Source: a virus. From it: a DNA stretch of 64,000 bases. The DNA lies in the IMG/VR virus record IMGVR_UViG_3300008261_003175. One strand, given 5' to 3'. This document shows positions 55,366 to 64,000 of the stretch, in pieces. The position numbers were made by a program, and so were the translations under genes. Below the pieces are notes generated by a model. The model saw only the letters and a list, made by a program, of their open reading frames with translations. It had not been told where the DNA came from and did not search any database. The number at the start of each line of letters is the position of its first letter. The stretch's first letter is position 1.

Positions 55366-55931
55366 ATCAATCAACACTGAAAAAAGAATTCTCTCAAAGC
55401 ACAGTACAGAGAATGAGAAATATCATTACCGGAAAAGCAGGTGATAGGACACAAGTACAAACTGGTTGGGAAAAACACAAACAAGACTATCAAGAAGGCG
55501 ATGTATGGGAAGAAAGCGGTAAGAGATGGACAATAAAAAATGGAATAAAACAAACTATCACTAAATTAGATAATCTAAAAAAGCTAGTAGTTCTACCATT
55601 GACTTGTCCAAATTGTAAAACTCCATTCAAAGCGCACGATGTTAATAAAAAAATGTATTCTATTCACGGAATGTGTTTAAATTGCGTAACGGAAATGGAA
55701 ACCAAGTTAAAAATAGAAGGAAAATACTCGGAATATGAAAAAAATATTTTAAACCAAAATAAAAATGCTTCTTTAGAAGAATTTGAAATGGGTTTAGAAG
55801 CTTGGTTGAAAGAAAACGATTCGTTTGTTACAGAAGCAGGAGACGTGGAGAGCTGGGGAAAGGTGGACAAGACTAAAATGTACGAAGAAATAAAATCAAA
55901 TATAGAAAAACTTAAAAAGATCGATATTTAA
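55362..55931 (+). CDS. Hypothetical protein with Zn ribbon
   Basis: CPNC...CLNC. Confidence 0.65.
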   Translation: MNQSTLKKEFSQSTVQRMRNIITGKAGDRTQVQTGWEKHKQDYQEGDVWEESGKRWTIKNGIKQTITKLDNLKKLVVLPLTCPNCKTPFKAHDVNKKMYSIHGMCLNCVTEMETKLKIEGKYSEYEKNILNQNKNASLEEFEMGLEAWLKENDSFVTEAGDVESWGKVDKTKMYEEIKSNIEKLKKIDI

Positions 55932-55954
55932 AATATTTATTAAAAAGCAAAAGC

Positions 55955-56824
55955 ATGCCATATTCTATTGACTACAAAAATAAGTGTATATATAAGAAAA
56001 AAGAAGATGGTTCTCGTGGAGAAAAGGTAGGCTGTACTAAAGGCAATTTAAAATCATACATTGCGGCTGTTCAAATTCACGCAGAATCCAAAAAATATAA
56101 CACAAAAAAAATGATAAAAGAAACAGACGAAATGAATCCTGAGATTATTGAACCAATCGATGGAGCTATCGCTCAATTATATGTGGTTCAAAAACCATAT
56201 GTTGGCTGCGAATTAACTAGCCTCGTAAAACCTATAGATCCACTTATGGGAATAGGAGCAGGTCATTCTATAGTTCCAGATCAAGTGCATGCTGTTTTTG
56301 CTGACGAACCTACTGCTCAAAAAATAGCTACTGAATTGTACGAAACTTATTTGGAAGGTCAAGCTGCTTTGGAAGAGAAGAAAGAGACTACTACAAAAAA
56401 AGTTAAATCAGCTATAGATGCTCTAGAAAAGAAAAGAAAAGAGCACATGGACATGGCAAAAGAAGATCCTAAAAATGCAAGTAAACATCGTCAAGAAATT
56501 GCTGTATTGGCTAATAAAATAGACGATCTTATGACTAAATTAGAAAAGATCGAGAAGTCCAAAAAACCTGCAGAAGAAAAATTAGATGAAAACTTTTTTA
56601 AGAAATTAAAAGAGAGCATAAAAATGCAAAAATCTATTAAAGAAATAGGAAATACTTCTAATGTTCATCCTTGGGTATTAAGAGCTATGGAAGAACTAAA
56701 AGACGATTTAGATTTTTATTTAGGAAAAAATAATCAATATGCAGGATCTAGTATAGATTTTCAGTTACTTAAAACCAAAATGAATCATTTAACCAAAATG
56801 ATTAATACTTACAATAAACAATAA
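55955..56824 (+). CDS. Late hypothetical protein
   Basis: AAATATTTAT upstream; coiled coil. Confidence 0.65.
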   Translation: MPYSIDYKNKCIYKKKEDGSRGEKVGCTKGNLKSYIAAVQIHAESKKYNTKKMIKETDEMNPEIIEPIDGAIAQLYVVQKPYVGCELTSLVKPIDPLMGIGAGHSIVPDQVHAVFADEPTAQKIATELYETYLEGQAALEEKKETTTKKVKSAIDALEKKRKEHMDMAKEDPKNASKHRQEIAVLANKIDDLMTKLEKIEKSKKPAEEKLDENFFKKLKESIKMQKSIKEIGNTSNVHPWVLRAMEELKDDLDFYLGKNNQYAGSSIDFQLLKTKMNHLTKMINTYNKQ

Positions 56825-56833
56825 TACATAAAA

Positions 56834-57196
56834 ATGGAACAATACGTAAAATTTATATCTACGCTATTCGCTAGTCGCACGCAAGCTCATATTTTTCATT
56901 TACAAACAAATTCTTTCGCAGCGCATAAAGCTCTCAACGAGTATTACGATGGGATCATAGATTTTGTTGATGGTCTAGCAGAAAGCTTTCAAGGACGATA
57001 CGGTATTATGAGAGGATATACAAGTCCAACAACATTTAAAGAAGACGATCAAGTGATAACTTATTTCGAAGCTCTTTGTAAATATGTTGAAAGCACTAGA
57101 CAATCTTTGCCGCAAGACAGTTATATACAAAATGAGATAGATAATGTAGTTGCTTTGATAGAATCAACTAAGTATAAACTTAAATTTTTGCATTAA
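56834..57196 (+). CDS. Ferritin/Dps-like protein (DUF5856-like)
   Basis: H..HLQT..FA.HKAL..YY....D...E..QG.YG. Confidence 0.75.
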   Translation: MEQYVKFISTLFASRTQAHIFHLQTNSFAAHKALNEYYDGIIDFVDGLAESFQGRYGIMRGYTSPTTFKEDDQVITYFEALCKYVESTRQSLPQDSYIQNEIDNVVALIESTKYKLKFLH

Positions 57197-57199
57197 TAT

Positions 57200-57526
57200 A
57201 TGCATAAGCATGAATTAAACGAAGGCGAATTTTGCCCAATGTGTTTGAAAGAGTATATCTTAGAACACGCTAATAAATTAGAAGAGGCAGAATACAAAGG
57301 CAGAGACGTACCTTTAGGAAAACCAATGGCAGGAGACGTAAAGAAATTTAAAGTATACGTTAAGAATGACAAAGGCAATGTAATTAAAGTTAATTTTGGT
57401 CAAAAAGGGGTTAGGATAAAAAAGAATAATCCAAAAAGACGTAAAAGTTATAGAGCTAGACACGGATGCGATAAAAATCCTGGACCTCGTTGGAAAGCAA
57501 ATTATTGGTCTTGTAGAAAATGGTAA
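57200..57526 (+). CDS. Basic phage protein (DUF6321-like)
   Basis: KKFKVYV, KV.FG, RRKSYRARH.C and YWSC. Confidence 0.65.
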   Translation: MHKHELNEGEFCPMCLKEYILEHANKLEEAEYKGRDVPLGKPMAGDVKKFKVYVKNDKGNVIKVNFGQKGVRIKKNNPKRRKSYRARHGCDKNPGPRWKANYWSCRKW

Positions 57527-57539
57527 ATACAATAATATT

Positions 57540-57827
57540 ATGCATAGCTTAAAACAATTATTAGAAATAGGAGATTATACCGCTGCAACCACAGTTCAAA
57601 CAGGAGTTGATCCTGAAACAGGTAAAATTTCTTGGGACGTATCTTATAAGCCCGATTTTAATATAATATTTAAAAAATTAGACGAGGTTATAAAAAATAT
57701 TCAACAAGCAGAAGCAGACGAACATATAAAAGATCCTGTTATAGAGCAGAGTTTAAAAGCTTTAAAAGCAGCTAGAAAATCAATGGAGTCAAGAATAATG
57801 GATAAATATCCAGAGTTTTTAAAATAA
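57540..57827 (+). CDS. Hypothetical protein with MHSLKQLLE leader
   Basis: Shared leader. Confidence 0.65.
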   Translation: MHSLKQLLEIGDYTAATTVQTGVDPETGKISWDVSYKPDFNIIFKKLDEVIKNIQQAEADEHIKDPVIEQSLKALKAARKSMESRIMDKYPEFLK

Positions 57828-57833
57828 AAAACT

Positions 57834-58091
57834 ATGATAAAATTAATAGCTCTATTATTAGAAGCAGAAAGAACAAAGTCTGGCGTAAAAGTTAAAGCCG
57901 CGTATTTAACAAAAGATAAAGCGGCGATGAAAAAAGAAATAGACAGAGTAAAAAAATTGAAATCAGATGATCCCTCAGCTTACAATAAATGGGACGCTGA
58001 TTACTCAGATAAAGAAAAAACAAAAAAATACAAAACAAAAAAGTCTGCAGCAACTACTGCATACGAAAAAAGATTTGGTAAAAGCAAATGA
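57834..58091 (+). CDS. Basic protein with MIKLIALLLE leader
   Basis: Shared leader; Lys-rich. Confidence 0.65.
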   Translation: MIKLIALLLEAERTKSGVKVKAAYLTKDKAAMKKEIDRVKKLKSDDPSAYNKWDADYSDKEKTKKYKTKKSAATTAYEKRFGKSK

Positions 58092-58369
58092 TAAGCCTAC
58101 TTAAACTTCTTTTAGAATATGACGATAACGTAGAAAAAGCTTTATCTAATAAAGCAAAAGCTACAAAAATATCGAAAACTATACTTAAGCAGGTGTATGA
58201 AAAGGGCTTAAGCGCATGGAAAGGCGGACACAGACCAGGTGTTGGTCAACATCAATGGGCAATGGGAAGAGTCAATTCATTCGTAACAGGTCAAGGAGGA
58301 TCAAGAAAAGTAGACAAAAAGTTATGGCAAAAAGCGAAAAAAAGCAAAAAGAAAAAAGCCAAAAAATGA
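58088..58369 (+). CDS. Basic protein with MISLLKLLLE leader (DUF5824-like)
   Basis: L.QVY.KG..AW..GHRPG...QWA..RVNSF. Confidence 0.65.
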   Translation: MISLLKLLLEYDDNVEKALSNKAKATKISKTILKQVYEKGLSAWKGGHRPGVGQHQWAMGRVNSFVTGQGGSRKVDKKLWQKAKKSKKKKAKK

Positions 58370-58875
58370 TAAAATTAAAAAATCTATTAAACGAAGTATC
58401 TTACGAAAAGTCTGGATTAAAAAAACCAGAACTCGCAGATAGAGACAAAGATAAAAAAATATCTTCTTGGGAAAAGAAAGTAGGTCAAAAAATAGAAAAA
58501 AATCTAGACGAAACTGCTCCTCAAGACGAATATTCTATAGGAATGAAAAAATATTCAGTGGGCAGACCTCAACAATATCCAGATTCTTGTCAAGAGTGCG
58601 GAGGAATGGTTTACGAAGGATCTTGTATGGAATGTGATTCCGTAAATCAAAATCAAATGACTTCTTATGATGGAGGATACGAACATGAAGAAGAATCTCA
58701 TGATCATGAAGTTGGAATGGCTCAAAATCTTTTAAAAGACATCATAAGTAACGCATCTCAATTGATGGATAAAATAGGTCAAGAAGAAATTAATTTACCG
58801 GGTTGGATCCAAGATCACATATCGAAAGCTCAAAACTATATTAGTCAAGCAAACGTGGGATACCATGAACTATAA
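58366..58875 (+). CDS. Protein with MIKLKNLLNE leader and CxxC..CxxC
   Basis: ATG at 58366 (ATGA overlap) preferred over 58216; C-terminal E..MA...LPGW.Q.HI. Confidence 0.65.
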   Translation: MIKLKNLLNEVSYEKSGLKKPELADRDKDKKISSWEKKVGQKIEKNLDETAPQDEYSIGMKKYSVGRPQQYPDSCQECGGMVYEGSCMECDSVNQNQMTSYDGGYEHEEESHDHEVGMAQNLLKDIISNASQLMDKIGQEEINLPGWIQDHISKAQNYISQANVGYHEL

Positions 58876-60802
58876 TATGCAAAATCTAGACATACTAAAA
58901 AAATTATTACTTCAAGAGGAAGAAGATTCTAAAAGAATGGAAAAATCTCCAAAGACTTTCGAAGACGATCCTATGAATTTTATCTTGAATAAGTACGATA
59001 CTCTAAAAGAGATAATGGCTGAGTTGATGTCTGAGAATTTTGAAGAACTCTTAACGGGAATTTATATATTAGCATATAAACCCAGTCAATTTAAAATAGT
59101 TCTTCACAACGGTCAATATTTCTTTATGACCTTTATGGGAGAAGCATATCAAGCTACAGTCTCTGGTAAAAACTATTTCTTATTAAATACAGGAGAGAAA
59201 CAAAGAGCGATGTTGGCAATATCTAGATTGCTTAGATGGGGAAGTCCTCTAAAAGTAAAAGGTCCTGAAAGCGCTGAACAAGGGACAGAATCAGGAACAG
59301 AAGAAACACCAGTAGAAACTCCACCAGCAGAAGGAGGAGAAGAAACAGGAGAAGAAGGCGGCACATTAGAAGAATCATTGATTTTACGTAAGCTATTATC
59401 AGAATCAATAGAAGACGATATATCTAATATTTTAAAAAAAAATAAAAATATATCATCTTTAGGAATACAAAAGATAGAAAAAACTGGTAAAAACACATAT
59501 AAAGTGTATTTTAGCGGTGTAAATACTAGAGATAAGAAAGCTAGATTAGACGCAATGAAGCAATTAATATCCACTAAAGGTATTAACGCTAGCATATCTA
59601 GAGGTCTTTCTTCTATAGGAAACGTAAAATTGTCAACCAAATCTGGAGACGTAAATCTATTATTTAAAGGATCATCAGAAACAGCCACTTCAACTAACGT
59701 AAAAGAAGGATTGGTAATATTATTTTTCTACTCTAAAATATCAAAGCCTGTAACAAAAACAAATTTTGATAGTATTGTAACCACGTTAAAAAAAGTATTG
59801 GCTAAATCCTCAGGAATAAGTGATAGTACAAAATCTGAATTAGATTCATTTTTGACGAGTATAAAAAATACGCCAGAAGCAATAAGTAATTTAAATCAAC
59901 CATTATCTCAAGCAACAACTATAAAAAGTAAATATTCCACTTTTAATTTAACAAGAACTGGAATATTTGATGAGATTAGATCTGTTGCGCATGAAAAATT
60001 AGGCATGCCCGCAGATAAGTGGTGCCCTGGCGATGTTTACGTAGTCATTAATGAAAAGAAAGCTCAAAGTATTTTACAAAAAGCCAAATCTGAAGATTCT
60101 TCTCAAACAGCCGGCATATTAAATAATGCATTCGTTTCAAAATGGGGATCAGTAAATGCTCCATTGGTTGCGGTGTCATTAAAATTTGAAAAAGCCCAAG
60201 GAGGAAAAGCGAAAGCATATTTTGATAAGTTTAAAAAAGCGAAAACAGAGTATAACTTAACATCAGACGAACAAAATTATAACGAAAAGAAATACAGAGA
60301 GGGCATAGAAAGGTTAAGAAAGTCTATATTATCGTACGTAAAAAGCAACAAAAATATAAAATACGATATACCTGAAACAGATGTAAAAAATATAAAAGTA
60401 GAACAACTTAGAGGAAAGTATGCTGCATTGAAATCATTAAATTTCTTTTTTACTCAAATAACAAACGATGAAGGCGTACAATCTATAGATGATGCTTTAC
60501 TGGCATTAGCCGCTTTTGCAATGTCTCTCGGAGATGTTTCTCCTACGTTCTATAAAGTTATAGCATCAAGTACAGGAGAATCTGGAAAAATAGAAACTTT
60601 CGAAGCTGGTAGTGCTCTTTCCTTATATGTTGAAGACAAAATACAACCTATAAAAATAACAGACACATCTACTTTTGGGGGATTGGTCATAGAGATATTA
60701 GCGTCCAAGAAGAAAGATGATAATATTAAAATAACATTGAATGCCAGAAATAATGGAACAACACAAGGCACTATAGAAATTTCAAAAATTCAACACATAT
60801 AA
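58865..60802 (+). CDS. Large putative head-internal protein with PD-(D/E)XK-like C-terminal domain
   Basis: LKKLLLQE and LRKLLSE leader-like sites; DKWCPGDVY...VSLK. Confidence 0.55.
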   Translation: MNYNMQNLDILKKLLLQEEEDSKRMEKSPKTFEDDPMNFILNKYDTLKEIMAELMSENFEELLTGIYILAYKPSQFKIVLHNGQYFFMTFMGEAYQATVSGKNYFLLNTGEKQRAMLAISRLLRWGSPLKVKGPESAEQGTESGTEETPVETPPAEGGEETGEEGGTLEESLILRKLLSESIEDDISNILKKNKNISSLGIQKIEKTGKNTYKVYFSGVNTRDKKARLDAMKQLISTKGINASISRGLSSIGNVKLSTKSGDVNLLFKGSSETATSTNVKEGLVILFFYSKISKPVTKTNFDSIVTTLKKVLAKSSGISDSTKSELDSFLTSIKNTPEAISNLNQPLSQATTIKSKYSTFNLTRTGIFDEIRSVAHEKLGMPADKWCPGDVYVVINEKKAQSILQKAKSEDSSQTAGILNNAFVSKWGSVNAPLVAVSLKFEKAQGGKAKAYFDKFKKAKTEYNLTSDEQNYNEKKYREGIERLRKSILSYVKSNKNIKYDIPETDVKNIKVEQLRGKYAALKSLNFFFTQITNDEGVQSIDDALLALAAFAMSLGDVSPTFYKVIASSTGESGKIETFEAGSALSLYVEDKIQPIKITDTSTFGGLVIEILASKKKDDNIKITLNARNNGTTQGTIEISKIQHI

Positions 60803-60803
60803 T

Positions 60804-61151
60804 ATGTCATTCGACTTACAAAAATATCTAATAGAAAACAATCTTACCTTAACAGGAAAAATAAGAATGTTTGAAGACAAAGATACTGAAGAGCCTACAG
60901 AAGAAGATATGAAATCTACTGATAAGGACATGAAGGATTTAGATAAGAATAAAAAAGAATTGGCGCAATTACAAGCAAAGGCAAAAGACATAATTTTTAA
61001 ATACACTGAAGATACGCCGCAAGGCAGAAAAGTCAAAGGCAGCATTTCTGATTATAAAAAAGCGATAGGAGACATTCCAAATAAAATAAAACAACTAAAA
61101 GATAAAATCAAAGCAGTTGAAAATCCCACAGATACCGATACAGAAGATTAA
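60804..61151 (+). CDS. Hypothetical protein (FDLQKYLIENNLT leader)
   Basis: Leader shared with 25478. Confidence 0.65.
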   Translation: MSFDLQKYLIENNLTLTGKIRMFEDKDTEEPTEEDMKSTDKDMKDLDKNKKELAQLQAKAKDIIFKYTEDTPQGRKVKGSISDYKKAIGDIPNKIKQLKDKIKAVENPTDTDTED

Positions 61152-61482
61152 TTATAAAACAGTGCTATATATAGTATTAGGATTTGTTTTACTATACGGA
61201 GTTATATTACTTGCAACACGTAAACCACAAATTCCCGCTGATATTAAAGCAACAATCGACTCATTAACTAATCTTAATAAACAATTAATAGAACATCAAA
61301 AACAAATTGATAGTACTATTCATGTTTATGAAACTGAAGTTAAACAAGTTGATGATAAAATTGATAATATAAAAGAAAAAACAACAATTATTAAAGAATA
61401 TTATCATGAAATAAGTCAGCAAGTTAATAATTATACTCTTACTGAATTAGATTCATTTTTTAAAAAAAGATACAACTACTAA
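61117..61482 (+). CDS. i-spanin-like protein (N-terminal TM plus coiled coil)
   Basis: Predicted topology only. Confidence 0.45.
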   Translation: MKIPQIPIQKINYKTVLYIVLGFVLLYGVILLATRKPQIPADIKATIDSLTNLNKQLIEHQKQIDSTIHVYETEVKQVDDKIDNIKEKTTIIKEYYHEISQQVNNYTLTELDSFFKKRYNY

Positions 61483-62060
61483 TGAAACAACATCTTAACG
61501 AAATTAAAAGAATGCAGAAATTAGCGGGAATCATTAAAGAAAACTATGATGATGATTCTTCAGGATATTCTTATGAATATAAAGAAGGACCAGGTGCTAA
61601 TCCTCAAGAAATTGTAAATACAATAAAACAATATAAAAAAGATAAATTTACTTGGGAAAAACTAGCTAAAAATGATTTTTACTCGATGGCGCAAGGAAAA
61701 TCAGCTGATATAAAATCAGAATACTACCCAGAGTGGAAAAAAGAAGATTTTCAAACAGTTATAGACGCGTTAGAGTCTTCTTCTTTAAATGAAGATAAGA
61801 ATGATACTGGAGAAGAATTAGCTAATTTTTTAAATCAAAATCAAGCTGAAGTAGAACGTAAAATAAATAGACCTGATTTACATCTAGATAAATTTTTACC
61901 TAATGGGGACTATACTAAGGGTACCGCGGTAGATGATGTATTTGATCCTCCTTTTAGAGGTATAATATTATCGTTTAGTAAAGATGCAATTGATTATGAT
62001 GATATAGAAAGTATAGAAGTACAAGGTAAGACTATATATTATTCTGCTTTCAATAATTAA
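61482..62060 (+). CDS. Protein with LNEIKRMQKLAGIIKE leader
   Basis: Motif shared with the C-terminus of 31329-32246. Confidence 0.65.
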   Translation: MKQHLNEIKRMQKLAGIIKENYDDDSSGYSYEYKEGPGANPQEIVNTIKQYKKDKFTWEKLAKNDFYSMAQGKSADIKSEYYPEWKKEDFQTVIDALESSSLNEDKNDTGEELANFLNQNQAEVERKINRPDLHLDKFLPNGDYTKGTAVDDVFDPPFRGIILSFSKDAIDYDDIESIEVQGKTIYYSAFNN

Positions 62061-62071
62061 TAATAAAAAAA

Positions 62072-62512
62072 ATGAAACAAATACTAACTATACTATTAAT
62101 AATATTATCACTTTCATCTAAAGGACAACATGTACCTACATATGATAGTTTAGGTAATGTCACTTACTATACAGAAGATACAATTCACTTACCATACTCA
62201 GTTGCTAAAAAAATAGCTAAAGAATTAGTAGGATGTGATAGCACTAAAGCAATACTTGAATTAACTAAAGAACAACTTACTTTAACTGAACAAAAAGTAA
62301 CATTAAAAGATAGTGTTATAGCCCAACATATAAAAAAAGGTGAAATATACGAAGATCGTATCAAAAACGAGCAACTAAAATTCGATATGCAAGGTAAATG
62401 GGTAGATCAGTTACGTAAGCAAAATAAAAAACTTAAAGTAAAACTACTATTCACTAAAATAACATTAAGCGCTATTATAGGCGGACTAACATATTTATAT
62501 ATAACAAAATAA
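62072..62512 (+). CDS. Signal peptide, coiled coil and C-terminal TM (spanin-like)
   Basis: Predicted topology only. Confidence 0.45.
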   Translation: MKQILTILLIILSLSSKGQHVPTYDSLGNVTYYTEDTIHLPYSVAKKIAKELVGCDSTKAILELTKEQLTLTEQKVTLKDSVIAQHIKKGEIYEDRIKNEQLKFDMQGKWVDQLRKQNKKLKVKLLFTKITLSAIIGGLTYLYITK

Positions 62513-62519
62513 AAGTAAA

Positions 62520-62729
62520 ATGAAAAACGAAATCAAACTTGGATTACTAACAGATAATTTTATGTTAGGATTAATTTTAGCTTTGCAAGCTGTAGCTGGA
62601 CAATCTCTTGATGAACTAACAAGCGATGCAGCACAATCAGCAGTAAACGACCATCCAGGAGTTAAGGATATTCCAGAATTGGTTGGTTATGCTGGAGATT
62701 TTATTCGTGTGCAATTAGGAATTCAATAA
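62520..62729 (+). CDS. Hypothetical protein
   Basis: ORF track. Confidence 0.55.
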   Translation: MKNEIKLGLLTDNFMLGLILALQAVAGQSLDELTSDAAQSAVNDHPGVKDIPELVGYAGDFIRVQLGIQ

Positions 62730-62819
62730 GAATAGAAATATTCTATTTGTTTTGTCACTTAATAAATATACAGTTGCATTGACCGAATAAAATATATATT
62801 TATAAATTAAAAGCAGTTC

Positions 62820-64000
62820 GTGTCTGAGCAAATAAGTATAAAAGAAAAGATAAAAGAGGAGTTCATTAAATGCGCTCAAGATCCTGTGTACTTCATGAAG
62901 AAGTATTATACGATCCAACACCCACAAAGAGGTCGACAATTGTTTGATCTCTATCCTTTCCAAGAAAAAGTACTTCGCTTATTTCAAAAATATCCTGACT
63001 CCGTTATTAATAAATCCAGGCAGTTAGGTATCTCTACTCTGGTTTCTGCATATTCATTGTGGTTGATGATTTTCAATAAGGATAAAAATATCCTTGTAAT
63101 CGCTACCAAACAAGATACTGCAAAGAACATGGTAACCAAAGTAAGATTCGCTTACGATAATCTACCAGTTTGGTTAAAAATAGGAACAGGAGCCACAGAA
63201 AATAACAGACTTAGTTTGCGTTTAGCAAACGGTTCTCAAATCAAAGCAGTATCAGCGGCAGGCGACTCAGGTCGTTCTGAAGCAGTTTCTCTTCTAGTAA
63301 TAGATGAGGCAGCGTTTATCGATAATATAGATACTATATATACTGCTGCTAAAATGACTCTTGCTACAGGAGGAGGATGCGTAGCACTTTCTACTCCAAA
63401 TGGTGTTGGTAACTGGTTTCACAAAACATATATAGCTGCTCAAAAAGGAGATAATAATTTTATACCTATATCACTACCATGGACTGTTCATCCTGAGAGA
63501 GATCAATCTTGGAGAGATATGCAAGACATAGATTTAGGAAAAAGAAATGCTGCGCAAGAATGCGATTGTGACTTTCTTAGTTCAGGCAACACAGTTATAG
63601 ATCCAGAAGTGCTTACTTGGTATGAGAAGAACTTTATATGCGAACCTCAAGAAAGAAGAGGTCCAGATAAGTCTTATTGGATTTGGGAATATCCTGATCC
63701 AATGAAATATTATACAGTTATTGCTGACGTTGCTCGTGGAGATGCATCAGATTTCTCAGCTTTTCACGTTATAGATATAGAAACAATGACTCAAGTCGCT
63801 GAGTATAAATCGCAAATTGGAACTAGAGACTACGCAAATGTACTTATAGCAGCCGCTACTGAATATAATCAAGCTCTATTAGTTGTAGAAAACGCAAATA
63901 TTGGTTGGGACGTAGTACAGTCTATTATAGAAAGCGGATACACCAATATTTATTATAGTCTAAAAAGTGAAGGCAATTCAGATTTTAGTACTTATTTGAG
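62820..64000 (+). CDS. terL: Terminase large subunit (T4 gp17-like), truncated by window end
   Basis: Hand-translated from GTG 62820: KCAQDPVYF, LYPFQ, KSRQLGIST, IDEAAF, STPNG, QECDCDF and ADVARG...D.S; ATATTTATA upstream. Confidence 0.93.
   Translation, partial: MSEQISIKEKIKEEFIKCAQDPVYFMKKYYTIQHPQRGRQLFDLYPFQEKVLRLFQKYPDSVINKSRQLGISTLVSAYSLWLMIFNKDKNILVIATKQDTAKNMVTKVRFAYDNLPVWLKIGTGATENNRLSLRLANGSQIKAVSAAGDSGRSEAVSLLVIDEAAFIDNIDTIYTAAKMTLATGGGCVALSTPNGVGNWFHKTYIAAQKGDNNFIPISLPWTVHPERDQSWRDMQDIDLGKRNAAQECDCDFLSSGNTVIDPEVLTWYEKNFICEPQERRGPDKSYWIWEYPDPMKYYTVIADVARGDASDFSAFHVIDIETMTQVAEYKSQIGTRDYANVLIAAATEYNQALLVVENANIGWDVVQSIIESGYTNIYYSLKSEGNSDFSTYL

Noticed and set aside
1-64000. CRISPR array, rRNA, integrase/transposase, or stop-codon recoding
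   Set aside because: No regularly spaced repeats or recognisable genes were seen. Known genes are full length in the standard code, with TAA, TAG and TGA all used as stops.

Overview
This AT-rich 64 kb window looks like part of a large T4-superfamily-like myovirus genome. The host is probably a Bacteroidota, inferred from Shine-Dalgarno-less A-rich AAGTTATG starts, a DUF4884-like lipoprotein and a T9SS-CTD-like protein. Layout: (i) 1-32.2 kb, + strand: nucleotide metabolism and repair genes (metallophosphoesterase, thioredoxin, UvsE, ThyA, IMPDH/GMPR), a GC-richer early island with a DUF932 gene, a tRNA cluster, MgsA, a catalytic-domain-only class II aaRS paralog, an MBD4-like glycosylase and two aGPT-pyrophosphorylase-like DNA-hypermodification genes. 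(ii) 32.4-51.0 kb, - strand: tail and baseplate module, gp55-like late sigma factor, HD protein, glutaredoxin. (iii) 51.3-64 kb, + strand: primase, exonuclease, a block of probable head-internal proteins, spanin-like genes and the large terminase (runs off the window). Most striking: gene 36223-37110 has an intein/Hint C-terminal fragment at its N-terminus and the matching N-terminal fragment at its C-terminus. This IntC-cargo-IntN order is the SICLOPPS layout and predicts natural protein cyclisation or head-to-tail polymerisation. Also notable: a dozen or more unrelated proteins share an MIKLxxLLxE leader, many behind an ATATTTAT motif; two tRNA-like RNAs share a top half but lack a normal anticodon arm; and one protein is a signal peptide fused to a stand-alone T9SS CTD. 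All calls come from reading motifs by eye; no searches were run.
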